Shown: positions 17,132-24,303, counted from the first letter of the stretch. The stretch is DNA of 32,000 bases from Candidatus Saccharimonadota bacterium (GCF_025273655.1 NZ_CP045921.1:660001-692000), one strand, 5' to 3'. Made by a program: numbers and translations. The notes: generated by a model from the sequence alone, not told the origin.

Positions 17132-17165
17132 TGTTATAATATAGATATGGGCAGCAATCGCTGCC
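17132..17165 (+). promoter_or_regulatory. Promoter/leader copy 2: TGtTATAAT, 8 nt, then GGGCAGCAATCGCTGCC
   Basis: Consensus extended -10. The perfect inverted repeat GGCAGC-aatc-GCTGCC sits at the predicted transcript start. Confidence 0.6.
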
Positions 17166-17192
17166 TTGATTCGTCCATCGAAAGGTACAGCT

Positions 17193-17588
17193 ATGCAGGA
17201 CAAGATAAGGGTGCTCGTGAGCGATATCGAGGATCTGCTGAGGGTCCTACCACGAGATAGCCATCTCTATGGCAAACTGGATGTGATTCGCGTCAGGCTC
17301 GATGATCTCAGGTTTGAGTTTCCTGATATGCAAGACTGCAAGCTCACGTTGACCAGCGTGGATCTGCCAGATGATCTGCTCGAGTTTCGGACCGTACTAC
17401 CGCAGTGGTTCGTGGACCTTGTCGTTTCTGGCCGACAACTCCCCGTCAGTGAACGCACCGGGCATCAGAATGCCGCCATCTCGCTGCTACCCGTCTGTGC
17501 GAACGAGGTACTCGAGCCCATCGTGGCTGAGTTGCCTCGTATCGGGGGCAACCATGTGTCGCTGCGAGTCGTAGTCGCCGGCGAGTAA
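17193..17588 (+). CDS. Acidic hypothetical protein C (131 aa)
   Basis: ATG 17193 has GAAAGG 7 nt upstream, which I prefer over the TTG at 17166 in the track. It has its own promoter and terminator. No family recognised. Confidence 0.55.
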   Translation: MQDKIRVLVSDIEDLLRVLPRDSHLYGKLDVIRVRLDDLRFEFPDMQDCKLTLTSVDLPDDLLEFRTVLPQWFVDLVVSGRQLPVSERTGHQNAAISLLPVCANEVLEPIVAELPRIGGNHVSLRVVVAGE

Positions 17589-17604
17589 CGCCGCTGGACG
17601 ATAA

Positions 17605-17643
17605 GGGTCGCGCCATTCACTTGGCGCGGCCCTGTTCAATTTT
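17605..17643 (+). terminator. 11-bp hairpin (one G-U) plus T-rich tail after protein C
   Basis: GGGTCGCGCCA-ttcact-TGGCGCGGCCC (17605-17632), followed by tgttcaatttt. Confidence 0.55.
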
Positions 17644-17657
17644 GACCATCAAATGCA

Positions 17658-17672
17658 TTTTGCTTTTTGCAG
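17658..17672. repeat. 15-mer TTTTGCTTTTTGCAG, copy 1
   Basis: Identical to 20226-20240. Both copies lie between a + strand terminator hairpin and the stop of a minus-strand island gene. Confidence 0.8.
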
Positions 17673-17727
17673 ATTACAGAAACTAAAACTCTCTAGAATT
17701 GAACCCTGAGTCCTTGCCTGTTATTTA

Positions 17728-19251
17728 CTATACTTCAGATTCCAGAATTGAGCGTGGGATATAAAGTCGGTCATTTGAGAATTGGATTGCTCCAAATTCT
17801 TGTTTCGATGCGGCGAGTAACGTCATGACTCGGTCAGACATTGTGTCAATCAGCACATTCCCTTCGCCAGTTTTTGTATGCTTGAGGCTTCGTGCGCCAA
17901 GATCCCTGGCATACTTCTTAGGAAGCGCCATGACCTCTCGCCAGTCGAGACCTTCGGATACATCTTGCCGAAATACATACAGAGCATTTGGTCCTGCGAT
18001 AGGGCTTTCTGCGATAGCATGCTCCGCAACTACGTTGTTTTCAGTATCTTTTTCTTGCAGAATCAATAACAAGTACTGGTCAGCTTCTTGTCTGCCGTCC
18101 TCACTGATTATCTTGCGTCCAGAAAGTGAACCCTTGGCGTAGTAGCAATTCTCGCTTCCCCACATCTCACGCACGTTATCCAGTATCTTCAGTCGTTCAA
18201 GTTCGATAGTGGGCCGCATATTCTTTGTTGCCGCGTTTCCTACGATTTCGCGTGCGTATCGCTCCAACTCTCCCGCGGGCAGCACTTCCCAGTTCAGTTC
18301 AGCGGCCGGTTCAAATGAGTCATGTCCTGGAATTAGCATCACTCTGTCCGGAGTAATAGTAAGTTCTTCTAGTACACGATTTTGCACTATCATATCTTCG
18401 ATATCTACATTCGCTAGACTTTTTATCAATTCAAAATATTTTTCACGAGTTTTAGATATGTCAATATCCTGCTGGAGTCTCCCTGAGGAATTTCTCACAA
18501 GAAGTCTTGCTGCAGCTGTATTTATATAGTCATCCAAGCGGCCGCCCGCAACCCGATTCATGCTAGATAGCTTCTTGCCGCTGGGGGCAGTGTAAGATAT
18601 TTGCTTTTCATATTTCCCGAGTAGTTCTTCGGATAGCTCGCCGTCACGGTTGCGGACATACTCCAGCAGAGAGTCGTGCACGGTCTTGAGAGAATCTTTA
18701 TTCTCTCCATGCTCGCCTAGGAGCATAAAGATTGCAAACATTCGCATATCAAGAGAAGCAGAATCATACGTGCGTCCATCTAGACCCTCGTACAATGGCA
18801 GGTTGTTGCATGTACCTATGAAGTTTTGTGCAGCCACATCGGCCAAATAGTCATAATCCCAGTCTTCCGGATGGGCAAAAAACTCATCACGCGATTCAAT
18901 ACCCATTCGGTCTGCAGCCTCCGCCAGGTAGCCAGCAAATTCGTGTGTTGCGTTAATAGTAGATCCAACCCTTTTTTGCTGCAAATACTGCCAGGCAAGT
19001 TTGTCCTGGGGCGTGTTCAAAGGATCAATCCGTGCGTTATGAAGCTTCATGCCCATAACTACTTGATCATCTGCATGACCAACGATATTATACGCGTCTC
19101 CGTCGTCTTCTCTGCCAATCTCAAACATGCGACTATAGATAGGGTTATCTAAAACGTGCTGAAGCTTTAGTGAAAGATCAGCCGGACTTAGTTTCTCTAG
19201 ACCCGGCTCGGTCTCTGATAGTTTTTGCATTCTCTCGTCGAATGTCGTCAT
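17728..19251 (-). CDS. Large ORFan protein (507 aa), AT-richer than its neighbours
   Basis: Long uninterrupted ORF. A consensus extended -10 TGCTATAAT lies 7 nt upstream of the ATG. No TM segments and no family motifs that I can assign. Confidence 0.8.
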   Translation of the reverse strand: MTTFDERMQKLSETEPGLEKLSPADLSLKLQHVLDNPIYSRMFEIGREDDGDAYNIVGHADDQVVMGMKLHNARIDPLNTPQDKLAWQYLQQKRVGSTINATHEFAGYLAEAADRMGIESRDEFFAHPEDWDYDYLADVAAQNFIGTCNNLPLYEGLDGRTYDSASLDMRMFAIFMLLGEHGENKDSLKTVHDSLLEYVRNRDGELSEELLGKYEKQISYTAPSGKKLSSMNRVAGGRLDDYINTAAARLLVRNSSGRLQQDIDISKTREKYFELIKSLANVDIEDMIVQNRVLEELTITPDRVMLIPGHDSFEPAAELNWEVLPAGELERYAREIVGNAATKNMRPTIELERLKILDNVREMWGSENCYYAKGSLSGRKIISEDGRQEADQYLLLILQEKDTENNVVAEHAIAESPIAGPNALYVFRQDVSEGLDWREVMALPKKYARDLGARSLKHTKTGEGNVLIDTMSDRVMTLLAASKQEFGAIQFSNDRLYIPRSILESEV

Positions 19252-19258
19252 ATTTATT

Positions 19259-19267
19259 ATTATAGCA
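19259..19267 (-). promoter_or_regulatory. Extended -10 TGCTATAAT, 7 nt before the ATG of the 507-aa gene (leaderless)
   Basis: The minus strand reads atTGCTATAATaataaatATG. Confidence 0.6.
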
Positions 19268-19350
19268 TAAATTTATAATAAATACAAATATCCGATTTTA
19301 TACTACTCATTCCAAATTTCACACATATCTTTTCTGTGTATAACAATTAT

Positions 19351-19379
19351 TTGTAATAATTACAAAGTAATGTTAAAAT
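19351..19379 (+). promoter_or_regulatory. Promoter TTGTAA-17-TAAAAT (TGt-extended); the -35 lies inside the perfect palindrome TTGTAATAATTACAA
   Basis: Palindrome at 19351-19365. Its other half provides TTGTAA-17-TATACA on the minus strand (box at 19337-19342). Confidence 0.5.
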
Positions 19380-19407
19380 ATACATGTTCTTTTCCGAAAG
19401 GATCAAG

Positions 19408-20112
19408 ATGTTCATTGTAAGTGTACGTAGTTTTGTGATGGATGCAGTGTCACTTTTGGCCTGTGTTCTACTGGGTGTTTTCGCGTTCATGAGTCTGCGC
19501 GACGGAGTGTCTGGCTACGACATCATCCTCATCACTATCACCGTTCTCGTGACGGGACTACTAGTCATGGTGGCTTCGGGTCACCTGGTGAGCCTGGTGC
19601 AGCATCACCGGAGTATGAGGGGTCGTAGCCTGGAACTGCAGGAGTTCTTGCGAACCAAGCATCGACTCGTCAATCTCCTACATAGGGTGCCTGCCACACC
19701 GACGGTTGGTGGAGATATGTACACCATTGGCCTGTCCAAAGACCTGGGTGAGCGGCTCTTGATCGTGCGCAAGTCCTACGGCTTGGAGTGCGTGATAGTG
19801 GATCGTATCGGTACGAAATATGTGAATGACCAAGAAGTAGAGGTCACCCTTTTGAAGGGCATCACTATCCCCTACTCGGACCGCCTGCCGGTACTGGTAC
19901 ATGCATTCGGCAGTGAGCGCATCTGCGGAGAAGTGACCGGTGGAGATGAGGTGCAGTACGCGCAGCACATTGGTGATCAGCTGCGGGAAATAATCGACCG
20001 GCACTTTGGCGCCGGTCGACCGACGCCGATACTGGCAAACAATTTCAACACTGCCAACGTCGACGACTTGCAAGAACTGCTCGATTTCATGCCCGAATCA
20101 ATGCGAGACTGA
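19408..20112 (+). CDS. Membrane-anchored ORFan D (234 aa; two N-terminal TM helices plus a soluble C-terminal domain)
   Basis: Start placed at ATG 19408, with AAAGGA upstream. The track ATG 19384 is only 4 nt after the -10. TM helices are AVSLLACVLLGVFAFMSL and IILITITVLVTGLLVMVASG. Confidence 0.6.
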   Translation: MFIVSVRSFVMDAVSLLACVLLGVFAFMSLRDGVSGYDIILITITVLVTGLLVMVASGHLVSLVQHHRSMRGRSLELQEFLRTKHRLVNLLHRVPATPTVGGDMYTIGLSKDLGERLLIVRKSYGLECVIVDRIGTKYVNDQEVEVTLLKGITIPYSDRLPVLVHAFGSERICGEVTGGDEVQYAQHIGDQLREIIDRHFGAGRPTPILANNFNTANVDDLQELLDFMPESMRD

Positions 20113-20189
20113 CTCAACTCTCGCTCAACTCATAGAAAAGAACTCGCTGACCGAGAACGGTCCGTCTATTGGTACGACGCAAAACTACT

Positions 20190-20240
20190 CGCCCGCGCTG
20201 GACACTTCGGTGTTTGGCGTGGGCGTTTTGCTTTTTGCAG
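20190..20240 (+). terminator. Compound hairpin plus TTTTGCTTTTT after ORF D; contains 15-mer copy 2
   Basis: CGCCCGCG (20190-20197) pairs with CGTGGGCG (20218-20225), with an inner ACAC-ttcg-GTGT hairpin. The T-tract starts at 20226. Confidence 0.6.
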
Positions 20241-20292
20241 GGCTGTTCTATCTACTGAAGGACGTACTTTCTATTCCGTTACGCTTGTTGAC

Positions 20293-20757
20293 CTAAGATC
20301 CGGAAACCATGTAAACAAAAGAAATAATTGCGAGGACCAAGGATAGTGTGGCACAGTGATTCAAAAAACTTATCGAAATATTAGGGAGTTTCACTCTGCA
20401 AAATCCATGCACAGCAATTGCCACCCTTCTGCCACGATCACTTGAGTGGTCTCGAATAATGCGCTGCCACCAATTTAAATCACCTTTCGCCATAAACTTT
20501 TCAAACCATTTCATGGTAAGCTCACTTACTAAGTAGCCTAGAATAATCAGCAACATGGATATTAAAACCAAAATAACCGTAACCTTGTACGATGAATAGC
20601 CCCATAGAACTGGTGAACTTTCACTCCAAGTGTCATTTAGCCCCAGGGCAACAAGTAAACCCGCTGTAGCCACTGTCAACTTAGCCGTATCAAACTGCTT
20701 TTGTAAGTCCGCGCGACTATTCTGTATATCTTCAAGAAGGTTATCATCTGACTTCAC
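20293..20757 (-). CDS. Small multi-TM membrane protein (154 aa)
   Basis: GTG start with GGGAG 8 nt upstream and a GTGA overlap with the upstream stop. Hydrophobic segments are LTVATAGLLVALGL, VTVILVLISMLLIILGYLV and ATLSLVLAIISFVYMV. Confidence 0.6.
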   Translation of the reverse strand: MKSDDNLLEDIQNSRADLQKQFDTAKLTVATAGLLVALGLNDTWSESSPVLWGYSSYKVTVILVLISMLLIILGYLVSELTMKWFEKFMAKGDLNWWQRIIRDHSSDRGRRVAIAVHGFCRVKLPNISISFLNHCATLSLVLAIISFVYMVSGS

Positions 20758-20972
20758 TTCAAACTCTCCCTTTTATCTCTCCATTTACTCACCGGCGCTG
20801 CAAGCATTGATGCCTGAATATCATGAACCGCTGCACGTGTCATATAACCCATGAGTCCCCAAGCAGCTGCATATTCGCAGCTATTATTGTCGGCTTCGTA
20901 CGTCTCGCCCTGCAATTTGCTTGCAAACTCGGTCGCGCGGCCTTGGATTTCGTTCCAACTTAAATTCGTCAT
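20754..20972 (-). CDS. 72-aa protein whose N-terminus resembles the start of MmeI-family type IIL R-M enzymes
   Basis: It starts MTNLSWNEIQGRATEFASK. MmeI, as I recall it, starts MALSWNEIRRKAIEFSKRW. A host-style -10 (TGCGC-TACACT) lies 10 nt upstream of the ATG. It is coupled to the downstream membrane-protein gene. Confidence 0.45.
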   Translation of the reverse strand: MTNLSWNEIQGRATEFASKLQGETYEADNNSCEYAAAWGLMGYMTRAAVHDIQASMLAAPVSKWRDKRESLK

Positions 20973-20982
20973 GTGTGTCCGT

Positions 20983-20993
20983 AGTGTAGCGCA
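20983..20993 (-). promoter_or_regulatory. -10 element TGCGC-TACACT, 10 nt before ATG 20972
   Basis: The minus strand reads gtTGCGCTACACTacggacacacATG. This is the same TGCGCTACA core as the gatC promoter. Confidence 0.45.
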
Positions 20994-21013
20994 ACGAGAG
21001 GTGTTTTGCCAGG

Positions 21014-21424
21014 CTACAGATAGAAATCTATAGCCGTCCGCACGAGCACTTGAAACGGCGGCTCGAAGCCTCGTAGAGTATCGATCTGCACCCAGTCGTA
21101 GCCTTCGTGCTCGCCACTGAGCTGTATATACGGCCTGGGTGTCTCGAGCTTGAGCATATAGAGCACACGCGTCATCATGCCTTCGCCGGGCTCGTACTCG
21201 GCGTCAAACCCGATATGGATAGCGTCTTCTGTATTGAGTACAAGCCCTGTCTCTTCGGCAAGCTCACGATCGAGTGCTTCGAGATCTTGCTCGCCAGACT
21301 CTACCAGGCCGCCGGGCAGATCAAGCGCTCGCGGCTGGGTAGGATGTGAGCCGCTTCGGCGCAGCACCAAAAACTCTCCTTGGCCATTGCGAATTAGTAG
21401 CTTGACGGAGCGGCGATCTTGCAT
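21014..21424 (-). CDS. NUDIX hydrolase
   Basis: Nudix box GGLVESGEQDLEALDRELAEETGL (G-x5-E-x7-REUxEExGU). Confidence 0.85.
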   Translation of the reverse strand: MQDRRSVKLLIRNGQGEFLVLRRSGSHPTQPRALDLPGGLVESGEQDLEALDRELAEETGLVLNTEDAIHIGFDAEYEPGEGMMTRVLYMLKLETPRPYIQLSGEHEGYDWVQIDTLRGFEPPFQVLVRTAIDFYL

Positions 21425-21427
21425 CGT

Positions 21428-21958
21428 CTACTTGTTGTTCCAGCGCTCGATTGCTTCGTGTACAACTGCCTTTGCCTCGTCGATGTCACCAAATTTCTCG
21501 ACAACTGTCGTACCAGGTTTTTTGAGATCTTTGTAGTGATTGAAGTGAAATTCGATCTGCTTGATAAGCTGTGCAGGGAGATCTTCGAGAGTTTGAATCG
21601 CATTACCGGTATTGCGATCGTCGGCTGGTACGGCCACGATCTTGTCGTCTACCTCACTGTCGTCGCTAAATTTCATGACACCGATAATACGCGCTTCGAG
21701 GAAGATACCCGTAGGGAGAGGCTCATCTGTCACAAGCAATAAATCGAGTTCGTCGCCATCTTCGTCGAGTGTCTGCGGAATGAAACCGTAGTTGGTAGGT
21801 TTGGCAAAAATAGCTGGCTCGACACGGTCAAGTTGCATCACAGCAAGTTCGCGGTTCCACTCGATCTTGTGGCTGCTACCCTGCGGAATCTCTATGACGA
21901 CATTGACGATACCGTCATCTACTGCGCCTGGGGTAAGTACTTGGTTGAAATCTGCCAT
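21428..21958 (-). CDS. ppa: Inorganic pyrophosphatase, family I
   Basis: 176 aa. Carries VVIEIP.GS..K.E, YGFIP.T..EDGD.LD.L. and DDK..AV motifs. Confidence 0.93.
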   Translation of the reverse strand: MADFNQVLTPGAVDDGIVNVVIEIPQGSSHKIEWNRELAVMQLDRVEPAIFAKPTNYGFIPQTLDEDGDELDLLLVTDEPLPTGIFLEARIIGVMKFSDDSEVDDKIVAVPADDRNTGNAIQTLEDLPAQLIKQIEFHFNHYKDLKKPGTTVVEKFGDIDEAKAVVHEAIERWNNK

Positions 21959-22010
21959 ATCTGCTGCTCCTTTGATTTGTGCATAATTGGTGCTTTGTCT
22001 CTGTTACTAG

Positions 22011-22016
22011 TATACT
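22011..22016 (+). promoter_or_regulatory. -10 TATACT, 6 nt before ATG 22023 (leaderless)
   Basis: TTGGTG (21987-21992), 18 nt, TATACT, then atagat, then ATG. Confidence 0.45.
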
Positions 22017-22022
22017 ATAGAT

Positions 22023-22709
22023 ATGCTAGTAATCGGACACCGTGGCGCCAAAGGCAAAGGACTCGGAAATACTCTCGAAGCCATGCGCTATGCACTCGCC
22101 CAAGGTGCCGACGGCCTGGAGTTCGATGTGCGCCTGACACGGGACGGCGTGCCGGTGATTATCCACGACGACACGCTGCTACTGACGCGCGGCATAAATA
22201 GAAGTGTCCACACACTCACGCTCCGCGAGCTCAACGATCTCAGCAGCGACAAACCGGTGCCAACACTCACCCAGGTGCTCGACGAGTTTTGGGGCAACAC
22301 ATATCTCAATATCGAGCTCAAAGCCCGCGGAAGTGGGCGCGCAGTCGTGTCACTCCTAGTGTCTCGCTATATCACAAGTGACTACGACTGGAGCAACTGC
22401 CTCATCTCTTCGTTCAAAACAGCCGAACTACGAGCTGCGCGTTCACTTGCGCCGCATGCGCGCTTGGCGCTGTTACATGGTCAAAATCCTTTTACTTTTC
22501 TGATGTATCAGCATCGTCTACGGCTTGCCGGACTTGGGTTTCACCGCCTGCACGTCAGTCTGTTGGCACTCGCGATTGCCCGGCGCCTGGGGATCTTCAC
22601 CTATGCATATACCGTCAATCGCCCAGGTGGCGCCCAGCAGCTCCGCGAAAAACAACTCGACGCGGTAGTGACTGACTATCCGCGCCGAATTGTAGATGCG
22701 CTGTCGTAG
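22023..22709 (+). CDS. Glycerophosphodiester phosphodiesterase family protein
   Basis: IGHRGA.G....NTLEA...A...GADGLEFDV.LT.DGVPV..HDDTL is the GDPD N-terminal signature. Confidence 0.8.
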   Translation: MLVIGHRGAKGKGLGNTLEAMRYALAQGADGLEFDVRLTRDGVPVIIHDDTLLLTRGINRSVHTLTLRELNDLSSDKPVPTLTQVLDEFWGNTYLNIELKARGSGRAVVSLLVSRYITSDYDWSNCLISSFKTAELRAARSLAPHARLALLHGQNPFTFLMYQHRLRLAGLGFHRLHVSLLALAIARRLGIFTYAYTVNRPGGAQQLREKQLDAVVTDYPRRIVDALS

Positions 22710-23645
22710 CTAGTTACGCTCGAGCTCTTCGAGATATTCACGAATCGCAAGTGCTGCCGTGGCACCTTCGCCCACTGCGCTAGCAATCTGCATGGTTGCA
22801 CCGCTGCGCACATCGCCAGAGGCAAACACACCCGGTAGCGTCGTAGAGAGTTTGAGATCTGTTTTGATGAGTCCTACTTCGTCCAGCTCTACGCCCGAGT
22901 TTTCGAGAAACTGAGTATTTGGCTTGAGCCCGATGAAGACGAAGACACCGTCTGTATCATAGCTGACTTTCTGGCCATCTTTTGTCGCATCGACGCGGAT
23001 CACCTTAGCGTCCTCGGTCACGATTTCGTCTGGCACCACTCCGTAGTGGACACTAATTTTGCCTTCAGCTACAAACTTCTCTAGTTCGTGTTGCAATACC
23101 TCGCTGGCTTTGAGCGTACTGCGGACAAGCAAATCGATATGTGTCGTAAAACGTGTCAGGAAAATCGCCTCTTGCACAGCAGAATTACCGCCGCCCACCA
23201 CGACCAGGCGCTTTTCGCGGTAGAACGCACCGTCACAGGTAGCGCAGTAATGCACACCGCGACCATAGTATTCTGCTTCGCCCGGTATACCTAGCTTCTT
23301 GTAGTCGCTACCAGTCGCAATCAATACAGCCTTCGCTTGGACAGGCTTGCCATCAACTATGAGTTCGACTACGTCGCCGTCGCGGCGCAGCGCCGAAATA
23401 TCGCCGAAATCTATATGTGCACCGAAGCGCTCGGCCTGTGCCTGCAGCTGACTTGCAAGCTGCATCCCAGAAATACCTTCGGCAAATCCAGGGTAGTTAT
23501 CAACAAGATCTGTGATAGCCGCCAGGCCGCCAATCGTCGCCTTCTCATACAGTGTCGTGTCGATATCTTCGCGCGTAGTATATACCGCTGCAGCCAGTGC
23601 GCTCGGACCGGCGCCAATCATCACGACGTCTTTTACTTCACTCAC
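22710..23645 (-). CDS. trxB: Thioredoxin-disulfide reductase
   Basis: GAGPSAL FAD motif, redox-active CATCDG, GGGNSAVQEA NADPH motif, and GDV near the C-terminus. Confidence 0.94.
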   Translation of the reverse strand: MSEVKDVVMIGAGPSALAAAVYTTREDIDTTLYEKATIGGLAAITDLVDNYPGFAEGISGMQLASQLQAQAERFGAHIDFGDISALRRDGDVVELIVDGKPVQAKAVLIATGSDYKKLGIPGEAEYYGRGVHYCATCDGAFYREKRLVVVGGGNSAVQEAIFLTRFTTHIDLLVRSTLKASEVLQHELEKFVAEGKISVHYGVVPDEIVTEDAKVIRVDATKDGQKVSYDTDGVFVFIGLKPNTQFLENSGVELDEVGLIKTDLKLSTTLPGVFASGDVRSGATMQIASAVGEGATAALAIREYLEELERN

Positions 23646-23647
23646 GG

Positions 23648-24262
23648 CTACGCCTCGCTTGCCGGCGGAATAGCCATAATCACAAACTTCAGTGGTGCGT
23701 TGGCTTTGATATCTGCGCCTTGGTCTGAACTATACGCCATGTTGCCAGGAATAGTAACGACACGTACGCCGCCGATTTTCATACCTTGTACGCCCTTCGT
23801 CCAGCCCTCGATCAAGCCAGGGCCGCCTTCGAGTGGCGCTTTGAGTGCACCGTTTTCGATCGAACCGTCGAAGACTTTGCCCTCGCTGTTCCAGCCGATG
23901 TAGTACGCGCGGTACGCAGTGTCAGATTTGATTTCTGCGCCGTCACCCTGCTTAAGATCTTCCGTACCAAGGCTTTTCACCTTGCTTGCATCGTAGGCCT
24001 CTGGCAATGATTCGTATTGTTTAAACGTATCATAATACTGTGCCGACAACGTCTTGGCTTCTCCTTCAGACTTCTTCTGCTCTTCGGCCATTTGCTTCTG
24101 GTATTCTGCCAGTTGCTTGTTATATTCGTCTTGCTGTTTTTGCTGATCAGCCACGCTGTTTTGATTTGCCAAGATCATGATAAAAAACGAGCCAACCGTA
24201 CCTACAGTCATCACCACTGCAATGATAATAATACCGATACGCTGCGCCTTCGATGTCGCCAT
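23648..24262 (-). CDS. Membrane-anchored FKBP-type peptidyl-prolyl isomerase
   Basis: N-terminal TM helix, a coiled Q/K/E-rich linker, then Y.G....G.VFD.S and LIEGWTKGVQGMKIGGVRVVTIPGNMAYS. Confidence 0.8.
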   Translation of the reverse strand: MATSKAQRIGIIIIAVVMTVGTVGSFFIMILANQNSVADQQKQQDEYNKQLAEYQKQMAEEQKKSEGEAKTLSAQYYDTFKQYESLPEAYDASKVKSLGTEDLKQGDGAEIKSDTAYRAYYIGWNSEGKVFDGSIENGALKAPLEGGPGLIEGWTKGVQGMKIGGVRVVTIPGNMAYSSDQGADIKANAPLKFVIMAIPPASEA

Positions 24263-24286
24263 AGTCTCCCTCTCTGAATTTTTTGC

Positions 24287-24303
24287 TATATCCAGTATAG
24301 CAC
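24287..24303 (-). promoter_or_regulatory. Promoter core GTGCTATACTGGATATA, 17 nt identical to the uvrB promoter
   Basis: The + strand string tatatccagtatagcac occurs at 6088-6104 and at 24287-24303. Here it is followed by a 24-nt leader with GAGGGAG before ATG 24262. Confidence 0.55.

Noticed and set aside
16182-17260. A dense stack of overlapping 60-120-aa ORFs on both strands across the GC-rich part of the island.
   Set aside because: High GC suppresses stop codons. Only the two + frame ORFs share a conserved Cys array with synonymous DNA changes and have an SD plus promoter and terminator. The others look like composition artefacts.
20006-20296. A 96-aa + strand ORF running from inside ORF D through its terminator.
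   Set aside because: It is out of frame with D, has no SD, and is read through a strong hairpin/T-tract. It is most likely a spurious ORF.
16122-21013. The island as a prophage remnant, IS/transposon, integron cassette array or DGR.
   Set aside because: I could recognise no integrase, transposase, reverse transcriptase, capsid/terminase-like ORF, attC-like sites or template/variable repeat pair. The only repeats are the promoter/leader duplication, the terminator-associated 15-mer and one 10-bp inverted repeat.
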